This document shows, in pieces, positions 30,901 through 41,076 of a DNA stretch of 64,000 bases. How positions within the stretch are numbered: the stretch's first letter is position 1; the number at the start of each line of letters is the position of its first letter. Below the pieces are notes generated by a model. It saw only the letters and a list, made by a program, of their open reading frames with translations. It was not told the origin of the DNA and made no database searches. Location of the stretch: assembly GCA_018238545.1 (NCBI GenBank), contig JABCTC010000001.1, positions 88,977 through 152,976 on the forward strand, read 5' to 3'. The position numbers and the translations under genes are program-made. Source of the DNA: Candidatus Heimdallarchaeota archaeon. Lineage in GTDB: Archaea; Asgardarchaeota; Heimdallarchaeia; Heimdallarchaeales; Heimdallarchaeaceae.

Positions 30901-32349
30901 ATGAGTATTCCACTTATACTAGAAATGTGTGATCCTAACGCTTGTAAACTAGAATGTATTGATATTTGCCCTCAGAATAAGAAAAACAAAGTTGCAATTG
31001 AGATTAAAGAAGATAAAGCACGTATCATAAAAAAAAATTGTATTAATTGTTTGCAATGTGTTTATGCTTGTCCATTAGATGCTATAGAAACCACAATAGG
31101 TGGCAATAACAAAACAACTTCTTCAAAACTGAAAGCAGAGAAAACAAAGAAAACTAGTCGAGGAGAAGAGAAAGTTTTCACAATCGATGAAACAGTATTT
31201 GAAAGATACAGTGAAAAGAAAACTATTTTCAATAGAAGAATCTGGGATGAGAGCTATGAAGGTTATAAAAAACCAATATATGGGAAAGCATCAGAAAGGG
31301 CAAAACTAGGGATAGACGGATACTCCGAAATAGAACAAGCTGCGATGGATGCTGCATGGTCGATAGAAAACCTTGTTTCTATGAAGGAATTTCATGAAGA
31401 ACGTTCAAAAACTCTAAATTCAGAAGAAAAAAAGAAAGTTGAAGTTGCTAAAGCTAAAACAGATGTTAAACAAGTAAATTATGATGTCCAACAACCTCAG
31501 CAATACAAGGTAGAAGACCCAAGAGAAATGACTGTTTGGCTGAAAAAAATAGCAAAATTTTATGGCGCTAACCTAATAGGAATAGCAAAGCTTGATCCAA
31601 AATGGATATACTCCGAGGATAGAATGGAGAGAGAATACATAATTCCTGAAAATTTGAAGTATGCGATAGTTATTGCAATAGAAATGGATCAAGGGGCAAT
31701 AAACACTTCCCCAAAGATGCCTTCTGGTATTGCAACTGGCTTAGGATACTCAAAGATAGCTTTTGTTAGAACATTAGTATCAAAGTTTGTTAAAAATCTA
31801 GGATATGAAGCTGTTCCTGCTGGAAACACTTTAGGACTCTCTGTTCCTTTAGCAATTGAAGCAGGATTGGGTGGATATGGTCGACAAGGTTTGCTAATTA
31901 CACGTGACTATGGGCCAAGAGTTAGGATATGCAAAATATTAACTGATATGCCTTTAATTGCAGATAAACCTGATTATAAATTTGCTAAATCAGTAGTTAA
32001 GTTCTGTCGTACTTGTAAAACATGCGCAGAAAGATGCCCTTCAGCTTCAATACCCTTTGATGACGATGAGAGTTACAAAACCTATAGTACCAGTAACAAT
32101 CCTGGAATTAAGAAGTGGTATATTAATGTGGAAACCTGTTTTCTTTACTGGCTAGAGAATGGTGGAGATTGTTCTACTTGCATCTCTGACTGCGAATACA
32201 GCCATGTTCCCACTTTGCCTCATAAATTTGCTAATTGGATTATCATGAACTTTCCTTTTCTTAATCCTATTTGGCCATTTATAGGGAAAATGTTAGGCTA
32301 TGGTGGTAATAAGTCAGCTAAGAAGTTCTGGAAGAAGATCAAAGTATAG
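30901..32349 (+). CDS. Reductive dehalogenase (RdhA family) with an extra N-terminal ferredoxin domain
   Basis: AIEAGLGGYGRQGLLITRDYGPRVR, FCRTCKTCAERCP, CSTCISDC; N-terminal CDPNACKLECIDICP...CINCLQCVYACP. Confidence 0.85.
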   Translation: MSIPLILEMCDPNACKLECIDICPQNKKNKVAIEIKEDKARIIKKNCINCLQCVYACPLDAIETTIGGNNKTTSSKLKAEKTKKTSRGEEKVFTIDETVFERYSEKKTIFNRRIWDESYEGYKKPIYGKASERAKLGIDGYSEIEQAAMDAAWSIENLVSMKEFHEERSKTLNSEEKKKVEVAKAKTDVKQVNYDVQQPQQYKVEDPREMTVWLKKIAKFYGANLIGIAKLDPKWIYSEDRMEREYIIPENLKYAIVIAIEMDQGAINTSPKMPSGIATGLGYSKIAFVRTLVSKFVKNLGYEAVPAGNTLGLSVPLAIEAGLGGYGRQGLLITRDYGPRVRICKILTDMPLIADKPDYKFAKSVVKFCRTCKTCAERCPSASIPFDDDESYKTYSTSNNPGIKKWYINVETCFLYWLENGGDCSTCISDCEYSHVPTLPHKFANWIIMNFPFLNPIWPFIGKMLGYGGNKSAKKFWKKIKV

Positions 32350-32361
32350 TTTTCCACCTTT

Positions 32362-33222
32362 TTACCCAAAGAAATCTGCAAGTTTATGTTGTCCCTTGAA
32401 GGTAGTTTTTTCTGGTATCATTACATTGAGGCCTCTCTTGCCTAGCATTTCTCTAAATTTACCTGCAATAGGAGGAGCGTAACCTGAAAAATGTTGGTTG
32501 ATGTAAACAAATGCTGATTTTTCTGGATTATTTATTAATTCTTGAGAAAGCTCTCCGACCATCTCTTCTATTAATTCACTTCTATCTAGAACTTGTCTCC
32601 CCAAATCTGTTTGAGTCTTATGTGATCCAATAATTCTTAGATAGAAATAATCACTCTTAATTTTCTCATATAAGTTAAGTTTGAGATATGGTAAATAAGC
32701 ACTTACAATACCCAATTTCTTGTTATTAAGAAAGTCATAGGTTTCTTGATTAAACCATGTTTTATGTCTGAATTCTAGTAGAAGTGTATAATCGTTGTGA
32801 GGAAAAAAGTTTACAAATGTTTCTAATTCTTCCATTGTTCTTGCATTTTTCTCAAAACTGGGGGCGAATTGCATGACTAGAGGACCAAGTTTATCCTTTA
32901 ATGGACTCATTACATGCAAAAACGATTTCAAACTCTCTCTGGTTGAAGCTAGACTTTCAGCTTGCGAGATTATCTTTGGCATTTTTGCTGTAAGAACAAA
33001 ATCATCTGGTAGTAGTTTTTCCCAGCGTTTTGTGGTCTCTATTTTAGGATAAGCATAGAAAGTTGAATTTATTTCACAAGTGGTAAATTGTGTTGAATAA
33101 TATCCAAGTAACTCATAATTTTTCACGTCTGAAGGGTAAAAACCACCTAAATTTGCTTTCCAATCATCATAATTAAATCCAGTACAACCCACATGAATTT
33201 GCTGATTTGTCATGATATCCAC
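32362..33222 (-). CDS. DUF72 (YecE) family protein
   Basis: GCTGFNYDDW, EINSTFY, QFAPSF, LEFRHKTW. Confidence 0.9.
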   Translation of the reverse strand: MDIMTNQQIHVGCTGFNYDDWKANLGGFYPSDVKNYELLGYYSTQFTTCEINSTFYAYPKIETTKRWEKLLPDDFVLTAKMPKIISQAESLASTRESLKSFLHVMSPLKDKLGPLVMQFAPSFEKNARTMEELETFVNFFPHNDYTLLLEFRHKTWFNQETYDFLNNKKLGIVSAYLPYLKLNLYEKIKSDYFYLRIIGSHKTQTDLGRQVLDRSELIEEMVGELSQELINNPEKSAFVYINQHFSGYAPPIAGKFREMLGKRGLNVMIPEKTTFKGQHKLADFFG

Positions 33223-33340
33223 CTCAAGAAATAGTTTTTAGTTAAAAAGCCCGTCTTGTTCGCTAAAAATCTTTCTTTTTTATTGCGGAGAAAACTACTA
33301 TAATCTATTTAATATATCTTGAGAACTGTTTTCTGCCTTT

Positions 33341-33436
33341 AGGCAACCCCTTGCCCGTGAGGCTGAGTAGTGGCAGTTAGAACAATTAATTGAGTTACGC
33401 CACTAACTCTCCTCCATCCACCAGGGCATTTTTTTT
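33341..33436 (+). ncRNA. Putative small hairpin RNA or leader upstream of lat
   Basis: GC-rich island; TGCCC/GGGCA, GTG/CAC, AGG/CCT and GAGT-AGTGGC/GCCACT-ACTC stems; TTTAATAT ~30 bp upstream; T-tract immediately after. Confidence 0.5.
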
Positions 33437-33545
33437 ATATTTAGATTACTGTGATTATTTATCTCTTTAACATAGCTTTTTTAGAAATTTCTCTGTGTCT
33501 ATTGGGTTCAATTTAAAAAGGTTGAAACATTTCCCACGTTAAACA

Positions 33546-34868
33546 GTGGATTTTGAAATGGATACTATAGAAAAATTATCTAAACATATGCTTGTTGACG
33601 GATTTCCTTTGATACTTGACATGGAAAAAAGTCAAGGTTGTAGAATTTACGATAAAAAAAGTGATAAAACTTTTCTAGATTTCTTTTCTTTCTTTGCTTC
33701 TAACCCTGTAGGTATGAATCATCCCGAGATGGTAAGTAAAGAATTTATCAATAAGATAGGAACTATAGCAGTTAATAAGCCAAGTTGCTCCGATTTTTAT
33801 ACTGATGAAATGGGTGATTTTGTTGAAACTTTTAGTAGAGTAGGAATACCTGATTTCCTTCCGAACCTCTTTATGATATCAGGTGGTGCATTAGCTGTAG
33901 AAAATTCTCTAAAAGCAGCTTTTGACTGGAAAGTGCGCAAGAATTTTGCTAAAGGAATAGATGAAGAAGTTGGATCAAAAGTTATTCATTTTGAACAAGC
34001 TTTTCACGGACGAAGTGGATACACTCTTAGTTTAACAAACACTTTCGATCCTCGTAAAACAAAGTACTTCCCCAAATTCAAAGATTGGCCAAGAGTCATC
34101 ACCCCCAAAATTACTTTTCCTCTTGAAGAAAATTTTGAATCAGTAATGCAATTAGAGGAAAAAAGTTGCCAACAAATACATGATGCAATAGAGCTATATG
34201 GAGACGATATTGCAGCTTTACTAATCGAACCTATTCAAGCAGAAGGTGGTGATAATCATTTCCGACCACAATTCATGGAAAAATTAAGGTCAATATGCGA
34301 CTCTCATGATATTATGCTTATTTATGATGAAATACAAACTGGTGCTGGAATGACAGGTTCTTTCTGGGCTCTTGATCATTTTGGTGATAAAGCTAGACCT
34401 GATATTATATGCTTTGGAAAGAAAATGCAAGTGTGTGGTATTCTTGCCTCCAACAAAGTTAAGGAAGTGGAAAACAATGTTTTCGAAGAATCAAGTCGAA
34501 TAAACAGTACTTGGGGTGGAAATTTGGTAGACATGGTCCGTGCAACTAAGTATCTAGAAATAATTGAGAAAGATAACTTAGTAGCAAAAGCAGCGACCAA
34601 TGGTAAGTATATGTTAGATTTGGTTTATGAATTCCAAACTGATTTCCCTGATTTAATATCCAACGCTCGTGGAAAAGGTTACTTTATTGCTTTTGACCTT
34701 CCTGATACTGCAACTCGTGATAAAATTATGAAAATAGCTTATGATAAACAGCTATTGATTTTAGGTTGTGGTGAAAAATCTATCCGTTTCAGACCTTACC
34801 TTACAACAGAGCAAGCTGAAATTGATGAAGGCATGGCTATTTTATTGGAGATTATCAAATCTCTTTAA
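33546..34868 (+). CDS. lat: L-lysine 6-aminotransferase (class III PLP)
   Basis: GGALAVENSLKAAFDWK, AFHGRSGYTLSLTNT, DEIQTG, FGKK, SRINSTWGG. Confidence 0.9.
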   Translation: MDFEMDTIEKLSKHMLVDGFPLILDMEKSQGCRIYDKKSDKTFLDFFSFFASNPVGMNHPEMVSKEFINKIGTIAVNKPSCSDFYTDEMGDFVETFSRVGIPDFLPNLFMISGGALAVENSLKAAFDWKVRKNFAKGIDEEVGSKVIHFEQAFHGRSGYTLSLTNTFDPRKTKYFPKFKDWPRVITPKITFPLEENFESVMQLEEKSCQQIHDAIELYGDDIAALLIEPIQAEGGDNHFRPQFMEKLRSICDSHDIMLIYDEIQTGAGMTGSFWALDHFGDKARPDIICFGKKMQVCGILASNKVKEVENNVFEESSRINSTWGGNLVDMVRATKYLEIIEKDNLVAKAATNGKYMLDLVYEFQTDFPDLISNARGKGYFIAFDLPDTATRDKIMKIAYDKQLLILGCGEKSIRFRPYLTTEQAEIDEGMAILLEIIKSL

Positions 34869-35007
34869 TTTCTTTTCTTCTCCATTGCGATGATTTTAAA
34901 TATACATCTTTTTGTTATTTTTTACAGCTAATGATTTAGCTTAAAAAATATGATTCATGATTAAACTTAAAATTTCATTGTGAATCTGATAAATAAGGTG
35001 GATAATA

Positions 35008-35916
35008 TTGCCTCTAGTAGAATGTGTGCCAAATTTCAGTGAAGGAAAGCGTGAAGAAGTAGTACAACAAATTGTTGATGCTATTAAAAAAGCTGGCAAG
35101 ATAACTCTTCTTGACAGCCGTATGGATCCTGATCATAATAGAGCTGTAGTAACTTTCATAGGCGAACCTAATGAATGTTTGAAAGCAGCTTTTGCAGGAT
35201 GTAAAAAAGCAACAGAACTCATAGATATGAATGAACATAAGGGAGAACATAATAGGTTTGGAGCTACAGATGTAATTCCTTTCATACCCGTTTCTGATGT
35301 TTCGTTAGAAGAATGTGTTGATTTAGCACAGAAACTTGGAGAAAAATTAGCAAAGGAACTCAAGATTCCTGTATATCTTTATGGTGCTGCTGCATCCAAA
35401 CCGGAAAGAGAAGTTCTTCAAAAGTTTAGAACTAAAACTTTCCAATATGAACAATTGAAAGAAGAAATAGCAACAGATGACCAGTATATTCCTGATTTTG
35501 GTGATAGAGAAACTCATCCAACTGCAGGAGCAACAATTATCGGAGCTAGAAACTTTCTTGTCGCTTACAATGTTTATCTTAATACTGATGATATGTCAAT
35601 AGCTAAAACTATTGCAAAAAATATTAGACACAGTGGTGGTGGTCTCAGATATATCCAAGCTGGAGCAATGGAGATCACTGAAAGAAAGTGTGTTCAAGTT
35701 TCAATGAATATAACTGATTATAAAGGAACACCTCTACACCGCGTTTTTGACATGGTAAAAAGAGAAGCGGAAAGATTTGGTGTAGCTGTAACAGAAAGCG
35801 AGATCTATGGAATGGTACCGATGGATGCTTTGATTGATGCCGCAGAAAGCTACTTACAATTGAATAAATTCGATAGAGATCAAATTATAGAAAAAAAACT
35901 AGATTCTGAAGAGTGA
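35008..35916 (+). CDS. ftcD: Glutamate formiminotransferase
   Basis: VECVPNFSEG, DPDHNRAV, GATDVIPF, VQVSMN. Confidence 0.9.
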   Translation: MPLVECVPNFSEGKREEVVQQIVDAIKKAGKITLLDSRMDPDHNRAVVTFIGEPNECLKAAFAGCKKATELIDMNEHKGEHNRFGATDVIPFIPVSDVSLEECVDLAQKLGEKLAKELKIPVYLYGAAASKPEREVLQKFRTKTFQYEQLKEEIATDDQYIPDFGDRETHPTAGATIIGARNFLVAYNVYLNTDDMSIAKTIAKNIRHSGGGLRYIQAGAMEITERKCVQVSMNITDYKGTPLHRVFDMVKREAERFGVAVTESEIYGMVPMDALIDAAESYLQLNKFDRDQIIEKKLDSEE

Positions 35917-36560
35917 ATAACATGAGCAAAGAATTAATCGATATGAAAATAACAGAGTTTCTCGAAATTTTAGCGTCTGACGCTCCTGCCCCTGGTGGTG
36001 GAGCCGCAGCTGCTATCGCTGGAGCAATGGGCGCAGGATTAGGTTCAATGGTTGCTAACCTAACTATTGGTAAAGAAGGATATGAAACTGTACAAGACCT
36101 CTTCAAGGAAAAGCTTGTCAAAACTGAAGCATTAAGAGCTAAGTTAACCGAATTAGTTGATTTAGATGCCAATGCTTTTAGTGGAGTAATCAAATCATTT
36201 GGTTTGCCAAAGGGAACAGAAGAGGAAAAGGCTGTTCGTTCTGCTACAATTTTATCAGAATATAAAGTTGCCACTGAAGTTCCCATGGAAACTTGTAAAG
36301 CATGCAGAGAAGTTATAGACCATCTAATTGATATGGGCACTAAAGGCAATAAAAACGCTTTAAGTGACATCGCAGTTGGTGCTTTATGCGCTCTTACAGG
36401 ACTTAAATCAGCTGTTCATAATGTTGAAATTAATCTTGGTTATATATCTGGTAAAGATAAAGCATATGCAGAGCAGATGGAAGCACAACTAGGAAGTTTA
36501 TTAGAGAATATTGATGAAAAGGTCAACAAACTCGATGAAGATGTTCGAGCAACCTTTTAA
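35913..36560 (+). CDS. Formiminotetrahydrofolate cyclodeaminase
   Basis: LASDAPAPGGGAAAA and GNKNALSD. Confidence 0.9.
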   Translation: MNNMSKELIDMKITEFLEILASDAPAPGGGAAAAIAGAMGAGLGSMVANLTIGKEGYETVQDLFKEKLVKTEALRAKLTELVDLDANAFSGVIKSFGLPKGTEEEKAVRSATILSEYKVATEVPMETCKACREVIDHLIDMGTKGNKNALSDIAVGALCALTGLKSAVHNVEINLGYISGKDKAYAEQMEAQLGSLLENIDEKVNKLDEDVRATF

Positions 36561-36595
36561 CAATTTTTCTTTTTTATTTACTAATGTGATAATAG

Positions 36596-37141
36596 ATGAA
36601 TCTAGTTTCCAAACTTCGAACTGTTCTTGATCCAATAAACAAAGAATTTCAATTCAAAGAAAATCTTGTTTTAACAGCTGTTCTGATCCCTATTTTCGTA
36701 ATTGATGAGAAAATCCTTATGACTAAAAGATCCAACCTTGTAAAATTCCATAAAAGACAAATAGCCTTTCCTGGAGGGAGATATGATGATCAAGACCAAG
36801 ATCTTATTACTACTGCCTTAAGGGAAACTTATGAAGAAGTTGGTATAAAACCTGCTCAAGTTGAAGTTATAGGAAAGCTTAACCCATTAGAGACAATAAA
36901 TAATCATTATGTACATCCCTATGTTGGTATCATCTCAGAAGATATAGAAATAATAATTAATCCTGATGAAGTTGCAGAATATTTCTTTGTTCCTATAACT
37001 AAATTGTTGGATAAGAGCACTGCAAAAAAGGGATTTATAGCCGGAGGATTAAGATCATATTACTCTGTGGAAAAATACAAAATCTGGGGCATTACAGCTG
37101 GAATTTTATCTGATTTCTTAACTAGATTAAACTCTTTTTAG
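36596..37141 (+). CDS. NUDIX CoA pyrophosphatase (NudL-like)
   Basis: QIAFPGG, TALRETYEEVG, IWGITA. Confidence 0.9.
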   Translation: MNLVSKLRTVLDPINKEFQFKENLVLTAVLIPIFVIDEKILMTKRSNLVKFHKRQIAFPGGRYDDQDQDLITTALRETYEEVGIKPAQVEVIGKLNPLETINNHYVHPYVGIISEDIEIIINPDEVAEYFFVPITKLLDKSTAKKGFIAGGLRSYYSVEKYKIWGITAGILSDFLTRLNSF

Positions 37142-37536
37142 AACTTAAGTTCATCGAGTAAACTATCTATTTCATCATCTTCATCAGAACTTTCTTCTGT
37201 TTCCTCTTCACTTGTTTCGTCTTCTATCATGACTATAACTGGTATTCTCTGATCTTTCAGATAGTATTTGTATGCTTCTCTGTCTCCCAGAGCATCTAAC
37301 ATACTACCTGCTAACTCACTATAAGCATCATCTAGAGTTACGATTGAATCCTGTGTTTGTTGCCAAGTGTAAAATTCGCTTTTGTTCGCATGAAAGTATG
37401 TGACCATTTCCTTAGGATTGAAAAATTTCTTTTCGATATCATCTCGTATAGATGTAAGTTTGAAGAGGTTGAATCGATATTTTTCTAACATATGCCCACT
37501 TTTTTCCAAGTAATCCTTGAAAGTAATTTCTTGCAT
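37138..37536 (-). CDS. Hypothetical protein with acidic C-terminal tail
   Basis: Open frame with protein-like composition; no recognised motif. Confidence 0.65.
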   Translation of the reverse strand: MQEITFKDYLEKSGHMLEKYRFNLFKLTSIRDDIEKKFFNPKEMVTYFHANKSEFYTWQQTQDSIVTLDDAYSELAGSMLDALGDREAYKYYLKDQRIPVIVMIEDETSEEETEESSDEDDEIDSLLDELKF

Positions 37537-37628
37537 GAATCAATATAATTTTCTTTGAATATAACTTATTCGGCTTAAATACATAAGATAGAGGTAAATT
37601 TCTTAAATAGTTCATATAATGTCCTCTC

Positions 37629-38138
37629 ATGTTTGATAATCTAGAGTTACCTTCAAGTATGGTAGATTACCTAATTTCAATAACACCAATTCTAGGAATA
37701 TCTGGGACATTAGACAATTATGCAATGTATGTTTTTAGCAAATATTTTGCGCTATCTGATAATAAGATACTACTCCATTTTGAAGAATCAGATGTCCCAG
37801 AAACGATTAGTTTGAACATTCTTCGTAAAGGAGACGACAATACTGTCATTTCTGGTTACAAGAATGAGAAACTAGACCAGAAGCGTTTAGAAACAGCTAA
37901 AGTCCTCAACAATCCATATTATGTACACTCTGTGATAACTTTTGAAGTTAAGTTTGAAGAAAAGCTAGATTATCAAGAAAATGAAACATTAGCGATCTAT
38001 AAAGTAGTAGCAGCGTTTGGAGTTGCAGGATTGGATCCCACATTCAATGATAAAGTTACATTAGCAAAAACTTTTGAAATAATGTCATTATCGGCTGTAG
38101 ATAACTATATTATAGAGCGAAAAATAGAAAATTGTTGA
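37629..38138 (+). CDS. Hypothetical protein
   Basis: First of three abutting ORFs. Confidence 0.65.
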   Translation: MFDNLELPSSMVDYLISITPILGISGTLDNYAMYVFSKYFALSDNKILLHFEESDVPETISLNILRKGDDNTVISGYKNEKLDQKRLETAKVLNNPYYVHSVITFEVKFEEKLDYQENETLAIYKVVAAFGVAGLDPTFNDKVTLAKTFEIMSLSAVDNYIIERKIENC

Positions 38139-38510
38139 GTGAATCGAATGCCTACACGAAGTAGCAAGAAATACGTGAAATATGAGCTTAGTTACAAACA
38201 AAAACGAAAACTCCTTAAGCTCTCAACTAAGCACGAAATTGATCCAGAAAACATTATCTTGATTATTGAAGAATTCTTTGATGAATGGTCTGAAAACACT
38301 AATAACATCAGCTGGCAGACTGTTTTAACTTACTTAAACATAAAAATACTTAACAAACGCATAAACAATATGTCAGATGAAATTGTTGAAATAAAGAAGA
38401 AGAATACTACCCAGAAAAAGATGTTAGTCGAATATGAAGATGATTATTTAGCATTGATAGAGTTAGGGAAAGCTCTTGAATCCTTAACAAAGATTGGTGA
38501 TCAAGCATGA
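38139..38510 (+). CDS. Hypothetical coiled-coil protein
   Basis: Starts right after the previous stop; heptad-like C-terminus. Confidence 0.6.
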   Translation: MNRMPTRSSKKYVKYELSYKQKRKLLKLSTKHEIDPENIILIIEEFFDEWSENTNNISWQTVLTYLNIKILNKRINNMSDEIVEIKKKNTTQKKMLVEYEDDYLALIELGKALESLTKIGDQA

Positions 38511-38929
38511 AGAAAAAACAAACTTTCAATATTCATCTTCCTGATACAATTTCAGAGCAAATAGATGACATAGAAAATGTTGTGGATAACTTTCTTTCAA
38601 ATTTCAAGTATCTTGAGAATCTTGAACTTGATGATTTAACTAATGAAGAGAACCTAGAACTGGATCTAACCCGATTATCTGAAGAATTTAATCAGATAAG
38701 TCAAGTTTATGGCAAACTTCGTCAAGAATATGGTGTTTTGAATTTCCATGGTAATGAACTTTATACAAGAAATACTTTAACAGGATTGAAACTAGGTCTT
38801 GTGACTGGTAAACTTGAAAGAGCAAAATCTATCTGGGGAACTCAACTAGCTTTGGATTATGATGCTGCAAAAGAACTTATACAATATTTCTTTGACAGGT
38901 ATCTTAAGAAAAGTGAAGATGATGATTAA
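38507..38929 (+). CDS. Hypothetical helical protein with RHH-like N-terminus
   Basis: ATGA overlap; TFNIHLPDTISEQID start. Confidence 0.6.
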   Translation: MKKKQTFNIHLPDTISEQIDDIENVVDNFLSNFKYLENLELDDLTNEENLELDLTRLSEEFNQISQVYGKLRQEYGVLNFHGNELYTRNTLTGLKLGLVTGKLERAKSIWGTQLALDYDAAKELIQYFFDRYLKKSEDDD

Positions 38930-40425
38930 TTCGAATTTGAATTAATCTTTTCATCGTTTTCTTCCTTTAGTTTACTCTTCTGTTGTTCTGTTTTCTCTTT
39001 GCTATTGTCCTCTCCATTTTCTTTCTCTTCTTTTGATTTAGGAGATCGAAAAGCAAATCTAAGAAGTAGTGGTGTTAGAAATACAGTTACAAGTACGATT
39101 AATATTGTTATTGAATATAAATCTCCAGCAAGTTCTTGAATATCAGAAGAGAATTTAACTGCTTCAGTTAGACCAATAGCTGCAATAATTAGAGTAATTT
39201 CACCTTTTGGCATCATTCCTAGAGAGATTTTTCCTGAAGAAATGATATTTGGTTTAATTGTATTTTCCCATGTAATATCCTTCTTCTTAGAGATCTTTTC
39301 AATATTTTCTTGGTCTGAAGAATTCGATTTGCTCCTAGTTTTCTTAATTGATCTTACCAGTCTCTCTCTCAATGGGTTTGTAGAAAACATCGCTCCAGTG
39401 AAAGACCCGATCATTTTAGCAAAAATAGCTATTGGAATGATTACCAAATAGATATAATTGAATTCTACGAGAATGAAAGAACTACCGACAGAGAAGAAGA
39501 ATAGAGGTATCAATGATCCTTCTCCGAATTTTATGAAGGTTTCAAGAGGTTCTTTCATTAAGAACTTAACCCTTTGCATACCAATTCCTAATAGAAATGC
39601 CCCAATAGCTGCGGATATTCCTAGATATTCTGCAAAGAAGGCTATAACTAATAACAAACCAAATAGTATTCCTACAAACAAATAACTTGTTGAAGTTACA
39701 GAAAAAACTCTGAACCTATTTTCTAGAAATTCTATTAGTTTAGGTAATAAATAGAGGACAATTATTACTAATACTATTATAAACCCTACTTGGATCAGAA
39801 TGTCCCATACAAGTCCTAAACCTGTTCCAGAAGAACCTGAGAATACAATTCCTGATACAATTAGAAGTAACAGCATTGCTAAAAAGTCATCAAACACGGC
39901 TAAACTTAGTAATGTTTGACCTTCTTTTGAATTGAGCTTTTTCATATTACTGAGAGTTCTAACTGTAGTTCCAATACTTGTAGGTACGAAAATTAAAGCA
40001 AAGAAAGCTGCAACACCTATATTTTTTTCACCAAAAATTTCACCAATCAAGAAGTAACCTACAAGTACACCCAAACTGTAAGTAATTGTAACATCTGTAA
40101 AAGAAATCAAAATGTTTCGTTTCCCAGCTTTTCTTAGCTCTGAAGTTTTAATTTCAGAACCAACAATAAATAATAGCAATAGAATACCAATTTGAGCAAA
40201 GGGTTCAATTCCTTCTGCCATATCTGCAAAACTGTAAGTAAAATTCTCACCAATACTAAATTCTTCTATACCAAACAGAAAGAATATAGGCCCTCCTAAA
40301 AGTAAACCTGCAAGAAGTTCTCCGATTATTGAAGACAACTTTAATTTCTCGAATAACTCACCAAAAATTCTTGCAATTAGAACTGCAAAACCAATGTAAA
40401 GAAAAATGATGAAATGGAAACTCAA
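38926..40425 (-). CDS. CPA2 cation:proton antiporter
   Basis: IIGELLAGLLLG, PTSIG, AVFDDF, GMMPKGE. Confidence 0.9.
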   Translation of the reverse strand: MSFHFIIFLYIGFAVLIARIFGELFEKLKLSSIIGELLAGLLLGGPIFFLFGIEEFSIGENFTYSFADMAEGIEPFAQIGILLLLFIVGSEIKTSELRKAGKRNILISFTDVTITYSLGVLVGYFLIGEIFGEKNIGVAAFFALIFVPTSIGTTVRTLSNMKKLNSKEGQTLLSLAVFDDFLAMLLLLIVSGIVFSGSSGTGLGLVWDILIQVGFIIVLVIIVLYLLPKLIEFLENRFRVFSVTSTSYLFVGILFGLLLVIAFFAEYLGISAAIGAFLLGIGMQRVKFLMKEPLETFIKFGEGSLIPLFFFSVGSSFILVEFNYIYLVIIPIAIFAKMIGSFTGAMFSTNPLRERLVRSIKKTRSKSNSSDQENIEKISKKKDITWENTIKPNIISSGKISLGMMPKGEITLIIAAIGLTEAVKFSSDIQELAGDLYSITILIVLVTVFLTPLLLRFAFRSPKSKEEKENGEDNSKEKTEQQKSKLKEENDEKINSNSN

Positions 40426-40487
40426 ACTGTTTTCCTCCGAGAAATATAATATACATCAATTTTTTCAGCGGATTTTCGTTTTATCAT

Positions 40488-40976
40488 TTACTCAACCTCT
40501 TCATCATCACATGCACAATCCCAACGAGATTTAACTTCACCAAGAATGTCCATTAAAGCAATTACTCCAAGAATTTCTCCTTTACGATCTTTAACTCTAG
40601 GTAAAAATACCGTGTCATGAATTTCCATAAGATTCGCAACAGTACTAATTTCATCATCATCTTTGATTGGTGGCAACTGTCTTTTTGCTAAATCACATGC
40701 TGTGATACATGATAGAACTCTTGAACGCATCAAAGCGTCATGAATATCTGTTTTCCTTTTTTGTAAGAGGGGCAAAATGTCTTTTATTGTCAACACTCCT
40801 GTGTATTTACCATCTTCGTCGACCACAATAGTTATTGGAGAAGTGTCATTCAGGAATGAATCAATCAATTCCATGCAACTCAAATCTTCATGAATAGTTG
40901 GAACTTTTCTAATAGGAAATTCGGTGACCTTCATCTCTTTGATTGATGAGAATATCTCTTCCATTGTCTCGTCCAT
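40488..40976 (-). CDS. CBS-domain protein
   Basis: VVDEDGKYTGVLTIKDI and GVIALMDI. Confidence 0.85.
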   Translation of the reverse strand: MDETMEEIFSSIKEMKVTEFPIRKVPTIHEDLSCMELIDSFLNDTSPITIVVDEDGKYTGVLTIKDILPLLQKRKTDIHDALMRSRVLSCITACDLAKRQLPPIKDDDEISTVANLMEIHDTVFLPRVKDRKGEILGVIALMDILGEVKSRWDCACDDEEVE

Positions 40977-41076
40977 ATGTGCTTAATATTGGTATTAAAA
41001 ATAAATCTTTCTAAAAATAGAATATATTTTTTACAATGATTGATAAAACTATTAAAATAAGAATATTAGTGAGGAT

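Noticed and set aside
33341-33436. tRNA-Sec, lysine riboswitch, H/ACA RNA or Y-RNA identity
   Set aside because: No cloverleaf, L-box consensus or ACA tail; a short resemblance (from memory) to a vertebrate Y RNA segment lacks the Ro-binding stem and is probably chance
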